From: Thermodesulfovibrionales bacterium
GTDB lineage: Bacteria; Nitrospirota; Thermodesulfovibrionia; Thermodesulfovibrionales; CALJEL01
Assembly (NCBI GenBank): GCA_026417875.1
Contig: JAOACK010000003.1
Coordinates: 11,923-75,922, forward strand
DNA: 64,000 bases
Reading direction: 5' to 3'
Below the pieces are notes generated by a model. That model saw only the letters and a list, made by a program, of their open reading frames with translations, had not been told where the DNA came from and searched no databases. Numbering within the stretch: position 1 is the stretch's first letter; each line of letters starts with the position of its first letter. Both the position numbers and the translations under genes were made by a program. Below, piece after piece: positions 28,329 through 38,587 of the stretch.

Positions 28329-29009
28329 ATGAATAAAATTATGACTCAAAAGACAGAGATAATGCAAGAAGAGGAGCCATTCCTTAAAGAAACCAGCGCA
28401 TTAAGATTGAGGCTGAAAAAATTATTTTCATCCTCAGCCTCGTTGGCCAGCACATTTCTATGCATAACCTCTGTTCTTCTCTTCCTGTTGTTCCTGACCA
28501 CATGCCTTCTTGCTCAGGAGATAGGAGATATTGATGTAAGAATGAATGGCGATGAACTGGTGGTTTCTACCTCGGTAATTCTACCAGAGAATTTTATAAA
28601 CGAGATTAAAAATGGCATTCAGAAGGAGCTTGTTTTTTATATAGACCTCTTCAGGGTCTGGAAAAATTGGCCTGATGAATATATCTTCGGTAATTCTATA
28701 GTCAGAAAAATTGAAGGTGATGTTATAAAAGGTGAGTATGTAATGAGTTCTTTTGACAGAAACAGGAAGATAATCGTAGAAAAAAAATTTAAAACCCTTG
28801 AATCTATGCTTAGCGCAATGTCCGTCATTAGCTCCCTTTCCCTTATAAACATAAAGGGGATTGAACCAGGTGATTATTACATAAAAGTAACAGTGGAATC
28901 ACGATTGAGAAGACTTCCGCCCGTGGTTGGCTATCTCCTCTTTTTTATACCTGAAAAGGAATTTTCCATATCAAGGGATTCAGCCATATTCAGACTCAGT
29001 TCAAAATGA
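28329..29009 (+). CDS. DUF4390-like periplasmic protein preceding an NtrY/NtrX-like pair
   Basis: Signal/anchor segment followed by DVRMNGDELVVSTSV...LVFYIDLFR, typical of DUF4390. The start is uncertain (ATG 28329, 28341 or 28362). Confidence 0.6.
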   Translation: MNKIMTQKTEIMQEEEPFLKETSALRLRLKKLFSSSASLASTFLCITSVLLFLLFLTTCLLAQEIGDIDVRMNGDELVVSTSVILPENFINEIKNGIQKELVFYIDLFRVWKNWPDEYIFGNSIVRKIEGDVIKGEYVMSSFDRNRKIIVEKKFKTLESMLSAMSVISSLSLINIKGIEPGDYYIKVTVESRLRRLPPVVGYLLFFIPEKEFSISRDSAIFRLSSK

Positions 29010-31156
29010 GATATTATAAGATAACATTGATATTTCTCCTTCTGCTGTTATTCGTTGCAGCAAATATTCTTCTTTTTATAAGATTTATTAAACTTGGCAA
29101 TGAACCCCTTTATGCCATACTTTTTCTCGCCGGCATTAATCTTAATCTTCTCGCTCTCCTCATACTTTTTTTCTATGTCGGAAAAAATATTCTAAGGCTT
29201 TATATAGAGAGAAAAAGAAATCTGCCGGGTCACAGATTCCAGATCCAGCTTGTGAGCATATTTGTTATCCTGACCTTAATACCTGGAATATTTCTTTTCA
29301 TCATTGGAAGTGGTCTGGTTACAGGATATATCGAAAGATGGCTTACACCCCAGAGCCTTTCATCTCTTGAAGAGTCCCTGAATATGGCAAGAATATATTA
29401 TGAAGAGAAAAAGGAATTGCTTAAATCAGAAGGCCTGAGTCTGAAGGCCAGAATTGAGGCCGGTCTTGGGTTTAAAGACATTAATTTTAAATCTGAAAGC
29501 AGGTGGGAATTGCTTAATATACCTGATGATGAACTCACAAAAGAAGCTTACTCTAGGAAGGAAGCCATGGCGATCTCAAAAACTCCTGAAGGAGAATATA
29601 TAAGGATAGCCCTTCGTACAGAGAAAGGTATTCTAAGGGGCTCCTTAACTATACCCGGGGAAATAACCCGTGCTGTGGAGAGATTAAAAAATGAATATGA
29701 AGAGACGACCCTTAAACTAAAATGGAAATTTCCTTTGAAGGTAAACTTTGTAATGACCTTTGGATTTTTCACACTCCTTATTATTATGCTTGCACTATGG
29801 ACAGGCTTAAGGATATCTAAGAAAATAACTGAACCTGTAAGGGAACTCACTGGAGCAACAATGGCAGTAGCATCAGGAGATCTTGATGTAAGAATAAAAA
29901 CAGAAGAGGGCAGAAATGATGAATTCGCCTACTTAATAAAAAATTTTAATTTCATGATTGAAGAACTTAAAAAGAGCAAGCTCCAGTTGCAGGAGGCATT
30001 AAGGGAAACAGAGGGTCAAAGGATAAGGCTTTCAAGTATCCTTGAGAACATCCATACAGGTGTCCTTTTTATTGATAGTGAAGGAGTTATAAATTCCATA
30101 AACAAGGCAGCTCAAAGGATACTGGGAATTCATCAGGATTATTTTACAGGCAAAAATTACAGAGAACTTTTGAATTATATAGGTTCCGAGGAACTCGATA
30201 GCCTTATAAGGGATATAAGGCTAAAGGATCTACTAGAATCATCTGATGGAAAGAGAATAACAGTGAGCAGGGGTTTTGAGAAAGAAATAAGGCTTACAGT
30301 CAAGGATAGGTCCATGATTCTCCGTGTATTTATAACTGCAATAAGATTGCCTGAGAGAAAAGGTGATATTATTGGTCTCATAGTAGTATTTGATGATATA
30401 ACAGAAATTATTAATGCCCAGAAGGCTGTCGCCTGGCAGGAGATTGCCTCAAGGATAGCCCACGAGGTTAAAAATCCACTGACGCCTATAAAATTATCTA
30501 CCGAAAGGCTTATTAAAAAATGGTATAACAGGGATAGCGATTTTGAAGAAGTATTCGAAACCTCTACAAAAACAATTATAAGAGAGGTAGAGAGCCTGAG
30601 GCGCCTCGTTTCTGATTTTGCCCAGTTCGGAAGGATGCCAAAGATTGAAAAGAAGGTCATTGATTTGAGGGAGATATTGCGTGAGGTTTACTATCTTTAT
30701 TCAGGCTTTAAAAATGTAAGGCTCCATCTCTTCCTTCCTCCTGAGGACGTCAAGGTAGAGGTTGATCCTGAGCAGATAAAGAGGGTTTTCATCAATATAA
30801 TTGATAATGCCATTGAGGCCTTAAAATCAGTACCCGAAGGTGTTCAACTAGGGGAATCAGGTATGGATTCATCATTAAAGGGCAATATCTTTATAAAACT
30901 CATAGAGGATGCCGAAAACAGGCTTGCAATAGTCAGCATAGCTGATGATGGACCAGGTATACCTGATGAGATTAAGGATAAACTTTTTATTCCTCATTTC
31001 ACAACGAGAAAGGGCGGCTCCGGTCTCGGTCTTGCGATTGCCAATAGGATTGTTACCGAACACAGGGGGTTGATCAAGATAAAGGACAACAGTCCTAGGG
31101 GAGCAATCTTCATCGTAGAATTACCATTAACATTGTCTGGCAAGGGGTATTCCTGA
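29006..31156 (+). CDS. NtrY-like sensor histidine kinase (multi-TM, HAMP, PAS, HisKA, HATPase_c)
   Basis: H-box IAHEVKNPLTPI, N-box NIIDNAIEAL, and DDGPGIP / GSGLGLAI. ATGA overlap with the DUF4390 gene. Confidence 0.88.
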   Translation: MRYYKITLIFLLLLLFVAANILLFIRFIKLGNEPLYAILFLAGINLNLLALLILFFYVGKNILRLYIERKRNLPGHRFQIQLVSIFVILTLIPGIFLFIIGSGLVTGYIERWLTPQSLSSLEESLNMARIYYEEKKELLKSEGLSLKARIEAGLGFKDINFKSESRWELLNIPDDELTKEAYSRKEAMAISKTPEGEYIRIALRTEKGILRGSLTIPGEITRAVERLKNEYEETTLKLKWKFPLKVNFVMTFGFFTLLIIMLALWTGLRISKKITEPVRELTGATMAVASGDLDVRIKTEEGRNDEFAYLIKNFNFMIEELKKSKLQLQEALRETEGQRIRLSSILENIHTGVLFIDSEGVINSINKAAQRILGIHQDYFTGKNYRELLNYIGSEELDSLIRDIRLKDLLESSDGKRITVSRGFEKEIRLTVKDRSMILRVFITAIRLPERKGDIIGLIVVFDDITEIINAQKAVAWQEIASRIAHEVKNPLTPIKLSTERLIKKWYNRDSDFEEVFETSTKTIIREVESLRRLVSDFAQFGRMPKIEKKVIDLREILREVYYLYSGFKNVRLHLFLPPEDVKVEVDPEQIKRVFINIIDNAIEALKSVPEGVQLGESGMDSSLKGNIFIKLIEDAENRLAIVSIADDGPGIPDEIKDKLFIPHFTTRKGGSGLGLAIANRIVTEHRGLIKIKDNSPRGAIFIVELPLTLSGKGYS

Positions 31157-31194
31157 TTGAGAAAACTATATGTTAAAAACAGGCAGGAGGCAAT

Positions 31195-32562
31195 TTGACT
31201 AATTTAATACTTGTTATAGATGATGAAGAAGGTATAAGGGATAGCCTCAGGGGCATACTTGAGGATGAGGGTTATGATGTTATCACATCTATGAATGCTG
31301 AAGAGGGTCTCAGGATATTTGATGAGCAAACTCCAGACCTCGTCCTTCTTGATATATGGTTACCGGGCATGGATGGTATAGAGGCATTAAAGAGAATGAG
31401 GGACAGAAGACCATCTGTGCCTGTAATAATGATATCAGGTCACGGAACCATAGAGCTTGCCGTCAAAGCAGCAAAACTTGGTGCCTATGATTTTCTTGAA
31501 AAGCCTCTGGCACTGGAAAGGGTAATAATTACAGTCAAGCGAGCCCTTGAGAAGGCTGCTCTTGAGGGTACACTTAGGGCAATTAAGGAAGAAGAAGAAA
31601 AATACAGAATTATCGGAGAATCTCCTGTTATAAAACATTTAAAACAACAGATTGAACTTATAGCTCCATCAGGTAGCGTGGTGCTCATAACAGGAGAAAG
31701 CGGTTCCGGAAAAGAACTTGTAGCAAGGGAGATTCACAGGAAAAGTCAGAGACAGAAAGGGCCTTTTATCGAGGTAAACTGTGCTGCCATCCCAAGGGAA
31801 CTAATTGAGAGTGAACTTTTCGGTCATGAAAAAGGTTCCTTCACAGGTGCAACAGAAAGAAAAAAGGGGAAATTTGAGCTGGCTGATGGAGGTACACTCT
31901 TTCTGGATGAGATAGGAGACATGTCAAAGGAGGCACAGGCAAAGGTCTTGCGAGTAATAGAGACAAAGGAATTCCAGAGGGTTGGAGGGTCAAAAAATAT
32001 AAAGGTTGATGTACGGATCATAGCTGCTACAAACAAAGACCTTTCTGATGAGGTAAAGAAAGGAAATTTCAGGGAAGACCTTTTTTTCAGATTAAATGTT
32101 ATTCCTGTAAGGGTGCCATCTTTAAGAGAAAGAAAGGAAGATATTCCTCTACTGGCAGATTATTTTCTCGAGTTAATAGCACAGCAGTTTGGCAAGCCAA
32201 AGAAGAGCATCTCCAGTGCTGCAATAAAAGCCCTTCTGGATTATAACTGGCCTGGCAATGTCAGGGAGTTAAAAAATCTAATCGAAAGACTTTTTATTCT
32301 GTCGTCAGGAGAAATTATAACTGAAGAAGACATAAGGGCCTCCATGGGAACAATACAGACGCCCAATATTCAGAGCTATCTCAGGTTCAGGACCCTAAAA
32401 GAGGCTAGAGATGCTTTTGAAAGGGACTTCATACTGAGAAAACTTGAGGAAAATAACTGGAACATATCAAAAACTGCAGAAGCAATAAACCTAGAAAGAA
32501 CAGCCCTTTACAGAAAGATGAAGTTGCTGGGGCTGAAAGAGATTGAGGAACAGAAAGATTAG
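31195..32562 (+). CDS. NtrX-like sigma54-dependent response regulator
   Basis: REC domain (ILVIDDEE...DIWLPGMDG), GESGSGKE, GSFTGA and a C-terminal Fis-type HTH. TTG start with SD GGAGG. Confidence 0.9.
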   Translation: MTNLILVIDDEEGIRDSLRGILEDEGYDVITSMNAEEGLRIFDEQTPDLVLLDIWLPGMDGIEALKRMRDRRPSVPVIMISGHGTIELAVKAAKLGAYDFLEKPLALERVIITVKRALEKAALEGTLRAIKEEEEKYRIIGESPVIKHLKQQIELIAPSGSVVLITGESGSGKELVAREIHRKSQRQKGPFIEVNCAAIPRELIESELFGHEKGSFTGATERKKGKFELADGGTLFLDEIGDMSKEAQAKVLRVIETKEFQRVGGSKNIKVDVRIIAATNKDLSDEVKKGNFREDLFFRLNVIPVRVPSLRERKEDIPLLADYFLELIAQQFGKPKKSISSAAIKALLDYNWPGNVRELKNLIERLFILSSGEIITEEDIRASMGTIQTPNIQSYLRFRTLKEARDAFERDFILRKLEENNWNISKTAEAINLERTALYRKMKLLGLKEIEEQKD

Positions 32563-32572
32563 TTCAAGAATC

Positions 32573-34090
32573 TTAATCACTGCTAAGATATTCAATAATC
32601 GCTTCCACAAGGTCTTCATTCGTTGCCCTTTCAGGCATGATAGAAACCCTTAGACCTGTGGATTCAACCGCCTTTCTAGTTACAGGACCTATCACAGCAA
32701 TTTTTACATTTTCTAAAAATTCCATTGCCTCTTCACCTACAATTTCCACAAAATTCTTAAAGGCAGCACCACTTGTAAAGACAGCAACTGTTATCCTTCC
32801 TTCTTTAAAAAACCTCTTTATCCTCTTTGCGTGACTCTCTGGCTTTTGAGACCTGTAAGTAACAGGAGCATCAACAAAACCTCCCAAGGCCTTTATCTTT
32901 TCCGGTATTACCTCTCTTGCATTCTCTGCTCTTGGAAAGAGGAACCTTAATCCACTGAGGTTTCCTTTATAAATGTCATTCAGGACTTCCATCAGACCCT
33001 CAGCCCTGAATTCATCAGGCAGAATGTCCACCCTGAGACCATATCTTTTAAGCTCCTCTTCTGTCTTTGTCCCAACAGCGCATATCTTTATGCCCTTCAA
33101 ATCCCTGATATCTCTGTTATTTTGAAAAAGCCTTTCCATAAAATATTTTACAGCTGTCTTTGAGGTAAAGATAAGCCATTGATAGCTCTCAAGCCCTTTT
33201 ATTGATCTATCAAGTTCTGTCCAGTCCTCAGGAGGCAGGATATCTATGGCTGGAAATTCAATTATCTCTGCACCGAGAAATTCCAGCTTCTCATATTGAG
33301 ATGAATCCCTGCCTGTAAGGAGTATCCTGTGACCGAAAAGAGGTTTTTTTTCATACCATGAAAGGGTTTCTCTAAGTCTCACCACATCTCCTGTTACAAA
33401 TATAGCGGGTGGTTTTATATCATTCAGTTTAACCATTTCAGGAATTGTCTTTAGTGTTCCAGTATATGTTACCTGGTCCGCCCTTGTACCCCATCTTATA
33501 AGTGCAGCTGGTGTATCAGGATCCTTACCATTCTTTATTAGTTCACGAGTGATAAATTCAAGATTTTTTACTGCCATCAAAAAAACCAGTGTGCCGCCGA
33601 GCTCTGCTAGAGCCTTCCAGTTTATCTTACTTTCAGGCTTTGTGATATCTTCATTTCCTGTTATTACTGTAAAAAGAGATGAATACTGTCTGTGGGTAAG
33701 AGGGATACCTGCATAGGCAGGAACTGCTATTGCTGAGGTTATACCTGGGATAATCTCAAAGGGTATGCCTTCCCGTGCAAGAACCTCTGCTTCCTCTCCG
33801 CCTCTTCCAAAGACAAAGGGATCTCCACCTTTTAATCTTACAACAATCTTACCTTCTTTTGCTTTTTCTACAAGAAGCCTGTTTATATCTTCCTGACTAA
33901 GTTCATGATGGCCCCCGCGTTTACCAGCATAGACAAATTCAGCTTCTTCTTTTAGATAATTAAGTATCTGGGCATTTATATGAAAATCATAAATAACAAC
34001 ATCAGCCATCTGCAGACACTTCAGTCCCTTTATTGTGAAGAGCCCGATGTCGCCTGGACCTGCTCCAACAATGTAGACCTTACCTTTCAT
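32573..34090 (-). CDS. cobA/hemD: Bifunctional uroporphyrinogen-III C-methyltransferase / uroporphyrinogen-III synthase
   Basis: N-terminal VGAGPGD...LKGGDPFVFGRGGEE (SUMT) and a C-terminal HemD-like half. 505 aa. Confidence 0.88.
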   Translation of the reverse strand: MKGKVYIVGAGPGDIGLFTIKGLKCLQMADVVIYDFHINAQILNYLKEEAEFVYAGKRGGHHELSQEDINRLLVEKAKEGKIVVRLKGGDPFVFGRGGEEAEVLAREGIPFEIIPGITSAIAVPAYAGIPLTHRQYSSLFTVITGNEDITKPESKINWKALAELGGTLVFLMAVKNLEFITRELIKNGKDPDTPAALIRWGTRADQVTYTGTLKTIPEMVKLNDIKPPAIFVTGDVVRLRETLSWYEKKPLFGHRILLTGRDSSQYEKLEFLGAEIIEFPAIDILPPEDWTELDRSIKGLESYQWLIFTSKTAVKYFMERLFQNNRDIRDLKGIKICAVGTKTEEELKRYGLRVDILPDEFRAEGLMEVLNDIYKGNLSGLRFLFPRAENAREVIPEKIKALGGFVDAPVTYRSQKPESHAKRIKRFFKEGRITVAVFTSGAAFKNFVEIVGEEAMEFLENVKIAVIGPVTRKAVESTGLRVSIMPERATNEDLVEAIIEYLSSD

Positions 34091-34092
34091 AT

Positions 34093-35079
34093 TTACTGCA
34101 TGTAAACTTCATCAAGTATCTCCCTTGCGCCTCTTTTCAGAAGATCCTCAGCGAGTGTTATACCTAATCTCTCTGCTTTATCTATTAATTTTTTCTCCAG
34201 GCCTGAAGTTTCCTCGGGAAAGCCTGCCTCTTCAGCATGCCCTCTTATTATTTTATCTCCAGGAATAGAACTAACAAGTCCATCCATGACAAGCTTTCCG
34301 TTAAAAAATCTTGCATGAGCAGCAATAGGGACCTGACAGCCTCCCTCAAGCCTTTTGAGAAAGGCCCTCTCAGCAATTACTGCTATTGAGGTCTTGTAAT
34401 CATTTAATGGTCTAACAAGAGAATTTATAAATTCATCATCTATACGACATTCTATTCCAATCGCTCCCTGACCTATTGCTGGAAGGCTTATTTCAACTGG
34501 AAGTATCTCCGTTATCCTGTGCTCCCAGCCGAGTCTTTTAATGCCAGCAGCAGCAAGTATCATTGCATCAAACTGACCTTCATCAAGTTTTCTGAAGCGT
34601 GTGTCCACATTCCCTCTTAACTGGATTATTTTAAGATCCGGCCTTATACTTAGAATCTGGCATGCCCTTCTCAGACTGCTGGTGCCAACCCTTGCACCAT
34701 GGGGAAGTTCCTTAAAACTTTTATATCTAAATTTTGAATCCCGAAGGGGACTGATAAAGGCATCCCTGGGATCCTCCCTCTTGCATATGGCAGCAAGGTG
34801 AAGTCCCCCGGGCAAGAGTGTTGGTACATCCTTCATGCTGTGTACAGCAAGATCAATCTCTCTGCTGAGAAGTGCATCTTCAATCTCTTTTACGAAGAGA
34901 CCCTTTCCACCAACCTTTGCAAGAGGTACATCAAGTATCTTATCCCCTGTTGTTTTTATCTTTTTAAGTTCTATCTGAAGGTCTGGGTTTAACTTTAATA
35001 ATTCATGCCTCACCCATTCAGACTGCCAAAGGGCAAGTTTTGATCCTCTTGTGCCAATAACTATCTTCCTCTTTTTCAT
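34093..35079 (-). CDS. hemC: Hydroxymethylbilane synthase
   Basis: IGTRGSKLALWQ motif. I chose the ATG at 35079, which lies 1 nt after the hemA stop and has SD GGAGAAGAGG. The ORF-track start is 35097. Confidence 0.92.
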   Translation of the reverse strand: MKKRKIVIGTRGSKLALWQSEWVRHELLKLNPDLQIELKKIKTTGDKILDVPLAKVGGKGLFVKEIEDALLSREIDLAVHSMKDVPTLLPGGLHLAAICKREDPRDAFISPLRDSKFRYKSFKELPHGARVGTSSLRRACQILSIRPDLKIIQLRGNVDTRFRKLDEGQFDAMILAAAGIKRLGWEHRITEILPVEISLPAIGQGAIGIECRIDDEFINSLVRPLNDYKTSIAVIAERAFLKRLEGGCQVPIAAHARFFNGKLVMDGLVSSIPGDKIIRGHAEEAGFPEETSGLEKKLIDKAERLGITLAEDLLKRGAREILDEVYMQ

Positions 35080-35080
35080 C

Positions 35081-36355
35081 TTAATCCTCTTCTCCATTTA
35101 GGGAATAGAGTTTTTTGAGTGTTGCAATAAGAATCTCCCTGTCATCAGAATCACTTTTTAGAGCGGCTGTAGGAGGATGAATCAGCTTATTGACAATCGT
35201 GTTCGCAAGCTGAATGACTGCCTGTCTCTGTTTTTCCTCCATTGACGGAAATTTATTGAAGAATTCTTTGAGCTCTGAATCCCTTATCTCTTCAGCCTTT
35301 CTTCTGAGTGCCACTATTGTTGGCACCGAATCAAGGGAATTATACCATTTCTGGAATTTTTCCACCTCTTCATTGATTATGTCCTCTGCCTTCTGGGCCT
35401 CCTTCTGCCTCAGATGCATATTTGAATCAACAACTCCCTGAAGGTCATCAATATCATAAAGATAGACATTGTCAATCTCATTGATTGCGGGATCAATATT
35501 TCTTGGCACAGAGATGTCTATAAGAAAGACAGGTTTATGCCTTCTTTCCTTTGCCACCCTCTGCATCTGTTCCTTTGTTATCACATAATGTGAGGCTCCT
35601 GTAGAGCATATGACTATATCTGTATGTACCAGCTCCTTTAAAAAGTCTTCAAATTTTATAGCCCTCCCATTGAATTCCTTTGCTAGCTCACAGCCTCTTT
35701 CATATGTCCTGTTTGCTACAGTCACAGACTTCACTCCATTTGATATGAGGTGTCTTGCTGCAAGTTCTGCCATCTCTCCTGCTCCGAGGAGCATAAAGGT
35801 TTTTGTCGAAAGGTCCTCAAAGATCTTTTTTGCAAGCTCAACAGCAGCATAGCTCACTGAGACAGCATTTTCAGCAATCCTTGTCTCAGTCCTTACACGC
35901 TTTGCTGCTGAGATGGCCTTTTTAACAAGGGTATTGAGAATGAGGCCTGTAGTTTTTCGCTGGAGGGCAAATTCAAAGGCATCCTTTACCTGTCCAAGTA
36001 TCTGGGGTTCTCCGACAACCATGGAATCAAGACTTGATGCAACCCTCATTAGGTGTCTTACAGCATCCATGCCATTAATTATGTAAAGGCTCTTCCTCAA
36101 CTGCTCAATATCTACTGAGTGAAATTTAGAGAGAAAATTAATCACTTCCTGAGCTGCGGAATTTTGACCTGAACCCTCTTTTGAATAAAAGTATAGTTCT
36201 ACCCTGTTACAGGTGGATATTATGAATACCTCCTTTATCAGGGGATGGCTGGAGAGTTCCCTTAGCCCTTCTTCAAGTTTCTGACCATTAAAGGCAAGTT
36301 TTTCCCTTATCTCTATTTCAGCAGTTTTATGATTTGTGCCTATTACCGTAATCAT
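35081..36355 (-). CDS. hemA: Glutamyl-tRNA reductase
   Basis: STCNRVELY and GAGEMAEL (NADPH-binding) motifs. 424 aa. Confidence 0.93.
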   Translation of the reverse strand: MITVIGTNHKTAEIEIREKLAFNGQKLEEGLRELSSHPLIKEVFIISTCNRVELYFYSKEGSGQNSAAQEVINFLSKFHSVDIEQLRKSLYIINGMDAVRHLMRVASSLDSMVVGEPQILGQVKDAFEFALQRKTTGLILNTLVKKAISAAKRVRTETRIAENAVSVSYAAVELAKKIFEDLSTKTFMLLGAGEMAELAARHLISNGVKSVTVANRTYERGCELAKEFNGRAIKFEDFLKELVHTDIVICSTGASHYVITKEQMQRVAKERRHKPVFLIDISVPRNIDPAINEIDNVYLYDIDDLQGVVDSNMHLRQKEAQKAEDIINEEVEKFQKWYNSLDSVPTIVALRRKAEEIRDSELKEFFNKFPSMEEKQRQAVIQLANTIVNKLIHPPTAALKSDSDDREILIATLKKLYSLNGEED

Positions 36356-36365
36356 AATTTATATT

Positions 36366-37196
36366 TCAAAGAGGCTCTGTTCCTCTGAAACTGTGATATG
36401 TTTTTAACAACAAACTGACTCCAAAGAATGTAAACATCACAAATATAAAGCCAAGTATGGAAAGAAAGGCCGCCCTTCTTCCACGCCATCCTGCAATAAG
36501 TCTTGCATGAAGAAGAAGGGCATATATAAACCATGTAATAAGAGACCACGTCTCCTTTGGATCCCATCTCCAGTATGTACCAAATGCCGTCTCAGACCAG
36601 ATTGCACCTGTAATTATGGCAAGGGTAAGGAGAGGAAAACCGAAGGTGATTAATTTGTAATTTATCTCATCAAGACTCTGAAGGCTGGGAAGTTTTGCAA
36701 AGAGACCGGAAGGATGCTTTGATTTCAGATAATATTCCTGTATGAGGTACATGATACCTATTACAAAAGACAGAGCAAAAGCAGCATTCCCGAGGAAGGC
36801 AAAAAGGGTATGAACAGGCAGCCAGAAACTTTCAAGTAAGGGATTGAGTGGCCTCAGTTCTCTTGGCAGGAGTGATGAGGAAAGCATTAGAACAAAGACA
36901 AGGGGCATTATAAAACATCCAAGAAGCCCGAGCCTGTATCGTGATTCGAGAAAGAAAAAGAGAAGAAGTATTGCCCAGGCATAAAAGGAGGATGCCTCGT
37001 GGAGATTTGTAATTGGCAGATAACCTCCTTCAAGATACCTCATAATTATTGAAAGGGTGTGGAAAAGGAATCCACCAATTGCTATATAGGTCACAGGCCT
37101 TGATGTTGCCCTTGAACCCATCCAGAGCTCAACAATACTTACTATGGCACCGGCAAAATAGAATGTAAGGGCAATCTCAAATAAAAGTGTTCGCAA
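36366..37196 (-). CDS. CcsA/HemX-type cytochrome c assembly family membrane protein
   Basis: Eight-TM profile with the W-rich motif GTYWRWDPKETWSLITW. Sits upstream of hemA, as in many hem operons. Confidence 0.75.
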   Translation of the reverse strand: MRTLLFEIALTFYFAGAIVSIVELWMGSRATSRPVTYIAIGGFLFHTLSIIMRYLEGGYLPITNLHEASSFYAWAILLLFFFLESRYRLGLLGCFIMPLVFVLMLSSSLLPRELRPLNPLLESFWLPVHTLFAFLGNAAFALSFVIGIMYLIQEYYLKSKHPSGLFAKLPSLQSLDEINYKLITFGFPLLTLAIITGAIWSETAFGTYWRWDPKETWSLITWFIYALLLHARLIAGWRGRRAAFLSILGFIFVMFTFFGVSLLLKTYHSFRGTEPL

Positions 37197-37213
37197 TCTT
37201 CACCTCTATCATT

Positions 37214-37852
37214 CTAAAAACATCCCAGCTCACAGTTTGTAATTTTGATTCCCATACTATCAGCGGCTCTACCAACCTCTCTGTAGGAAAACCCGAGACT
37301 TTCAGCGAGCTCCCTTGCAGCTTTACAGGTTATTCTTTTATTTACAGCTCTCTTTATAAGCTCCTGAGCCAGAATCTCTTTTTGCTGAATCAGGTCTTTT
37401 GTTTTTTCAAGCCCATCTTTCATATCTTTTATCTTTATAATTATATCTGCCCTTTTTTTAACCTTTTCTGACGAGGGTTTAGGTGGCCTTTCTTCTCCAT
37501 CTAAAAATACTACTATATCCGGGTCTAAAAACTCAATCGGACTGTTTCCCTCAATAATGATGCCCCTGTATGTAGAGAGCCTTGTGATTGCGATATCAAG
37601 CATTTCAGATAAAGACTCCCTGGGACCCTGCAGCCAGAGAACCTCCTCAGCACCAGCCTCAATATACTTACCTGTATCTTTGTTTTTTTGGGATATTAAC
37701 TCTTCTGTGTCTATAATAGAAGAGTAAAAACCCGTCTTCGTGTATTTTATAACACCCCAGTTTCCTCCAAGATACTTAAGGAGCTGACTTCCGAAGGTTG
37801 TTTTTCCTGCTCCGCTGTAAGAACCTCCTATGAGGATTATAAGGGGCTTCAT
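37214..37852 (-). CDS. MobB-like P-loop NTPase fused to a C-terminal Cys-containing helical module
   Basis: Walker A GGSYSGAGKTT. C-terminal ITCKAARELAESLGFSYREVGRAADSMGIKITNCELGCF. Function not assignable from the sequence alone. Confidence 0.5.
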   Translation of the reverse strand: MKPLIILIGGSYSGAGKTTFGSQLLKYLGGNWGVIKYTKTGFYSSIIDTEELISQKNKDTGKYIEAGAEEVLWLQGPRESLSEMLDIAITRLSTYRGIIIEGNSPIEFLDPDIVVFLDGEERPPKPSSEKVKKRADIIIKIKDMKDGLEKTKDLIQQKEILAQELIKRAVNKRITCKAARELAESLGFSYREVGRAADSMGIKITNCELGCF

Positions 37853-37953
37853 AAACTGTTATGCGCCATTTTTTAAATAGTAGAAAATTAAAAATGCCTT
37901 TCCCCGCCTTCTACAGGTGGCGAGTATTCATCAACTGTTATATAATATCAAAA

Positions 37954-38376
37954 ATGATCAGGATAGCTGTTATAGATGGTCAGGGTGGAGGGATAGGTCA
38001 TCTCATTGTAAAGAGATTAAGGGAGGAATTTGGCGAGGCTGTAGAGATAATCGCCCTTGGCACAAATTCTACTGCTACAACTCAGATGATGAAGGCAAAG
38101 GCAAATAAGGGTGCCACAGGAGAAAATGCCATTATTTATAATTCAAAAAAGGTTGATATTATAATTGGAACCATGAGCATAATTATTGCAAATGGTATGC
38201 TTGGAGAATTAACCCCTGCCATGGCAGAAGCAATAGGCTCTTCATCCTGTCCTAAATTTCTTCTCCCTCTGAACCAGGAACAGGTGAATATTGTGGGTAT
38301 AAAACGAGAGCCTCTTCCCCATCTTGTGGAAGAGCTCATAGGGATACTCAAAGAGCATATTAAGAAGGAGGTATAA
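37954..38376 (+). CDS. DUF3842-family protein
   Basis: MIRIAVIDGQGGGIGHLIVKRLREE...IIALGTNSTATTQMMKAKANKGATGENAI. I chose ATG 37954. The ORF-track extension from 37861 has no support. Confidence 0.6.
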   Translation: MIRIAVIDGQGGGIGHLIVKRLREEFGEAVEIIALGTNSTATTQMMKAKANKGATGENAIIYNSKKVDIIIGTMSIIIANGMLGELTPAMAEAIGSSSCPKFLLPLNQEQVNIVGIKREPLPHLVEELIGILKEHIKKEV

Positions 38377-38377
38377 G

Positions 38378-38572
38378 ATGTGCGAGGCAAATGCCTATGT
38401 TTATGAAGATGGAAAAGAGGTCCTCTTTCTTGAAGGAGTTGATATACTTATACCCGAGGGCGAGAGACTTTTTCTCAGAAATCTCTTTGGTGAACAGAAG
38501 ACCTTCGAGGGAAGGATCAGGGAGATATCCCTTGTAAAACACAAGATTGTTCTTGAAAGGATACCTAGATAG
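38378..38572 (+). CDS. cooT: CooT-family nickel-binding protein
   Basis: 64 aa with N-terminal MC (Cys2) and the ...LFGE...G.I..ISL....IVL pattern. SD AAGGAGG. Confidence 0.65.
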   Translation: MCEANAYVYEDGKEVLFLEGVDILIPEGERLFLRNLFGEQKTFEGRIREISLVKHKIVLERIPR

Positions 38573-38587
38573 TAATTAAAAAATCAG

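Noticed and set aside
37861-37953. N-terminal extension of the DUF3842 ORF, and the overlapping 63-aa ORF at 37917-38108
   Set aside because: The family begins MIRIAVIDGQGGG. The extension covers the divergent promoter region, including a TATAAT box.
38101-38116. Minus-strand sigma54-like element (TGGCACCCTTATTTGC)
   Set aside because: The GG-to-GC spacing is 11 rather than 10, and it lies inside the DUF3842 coding region with no downstream gene on that strand.
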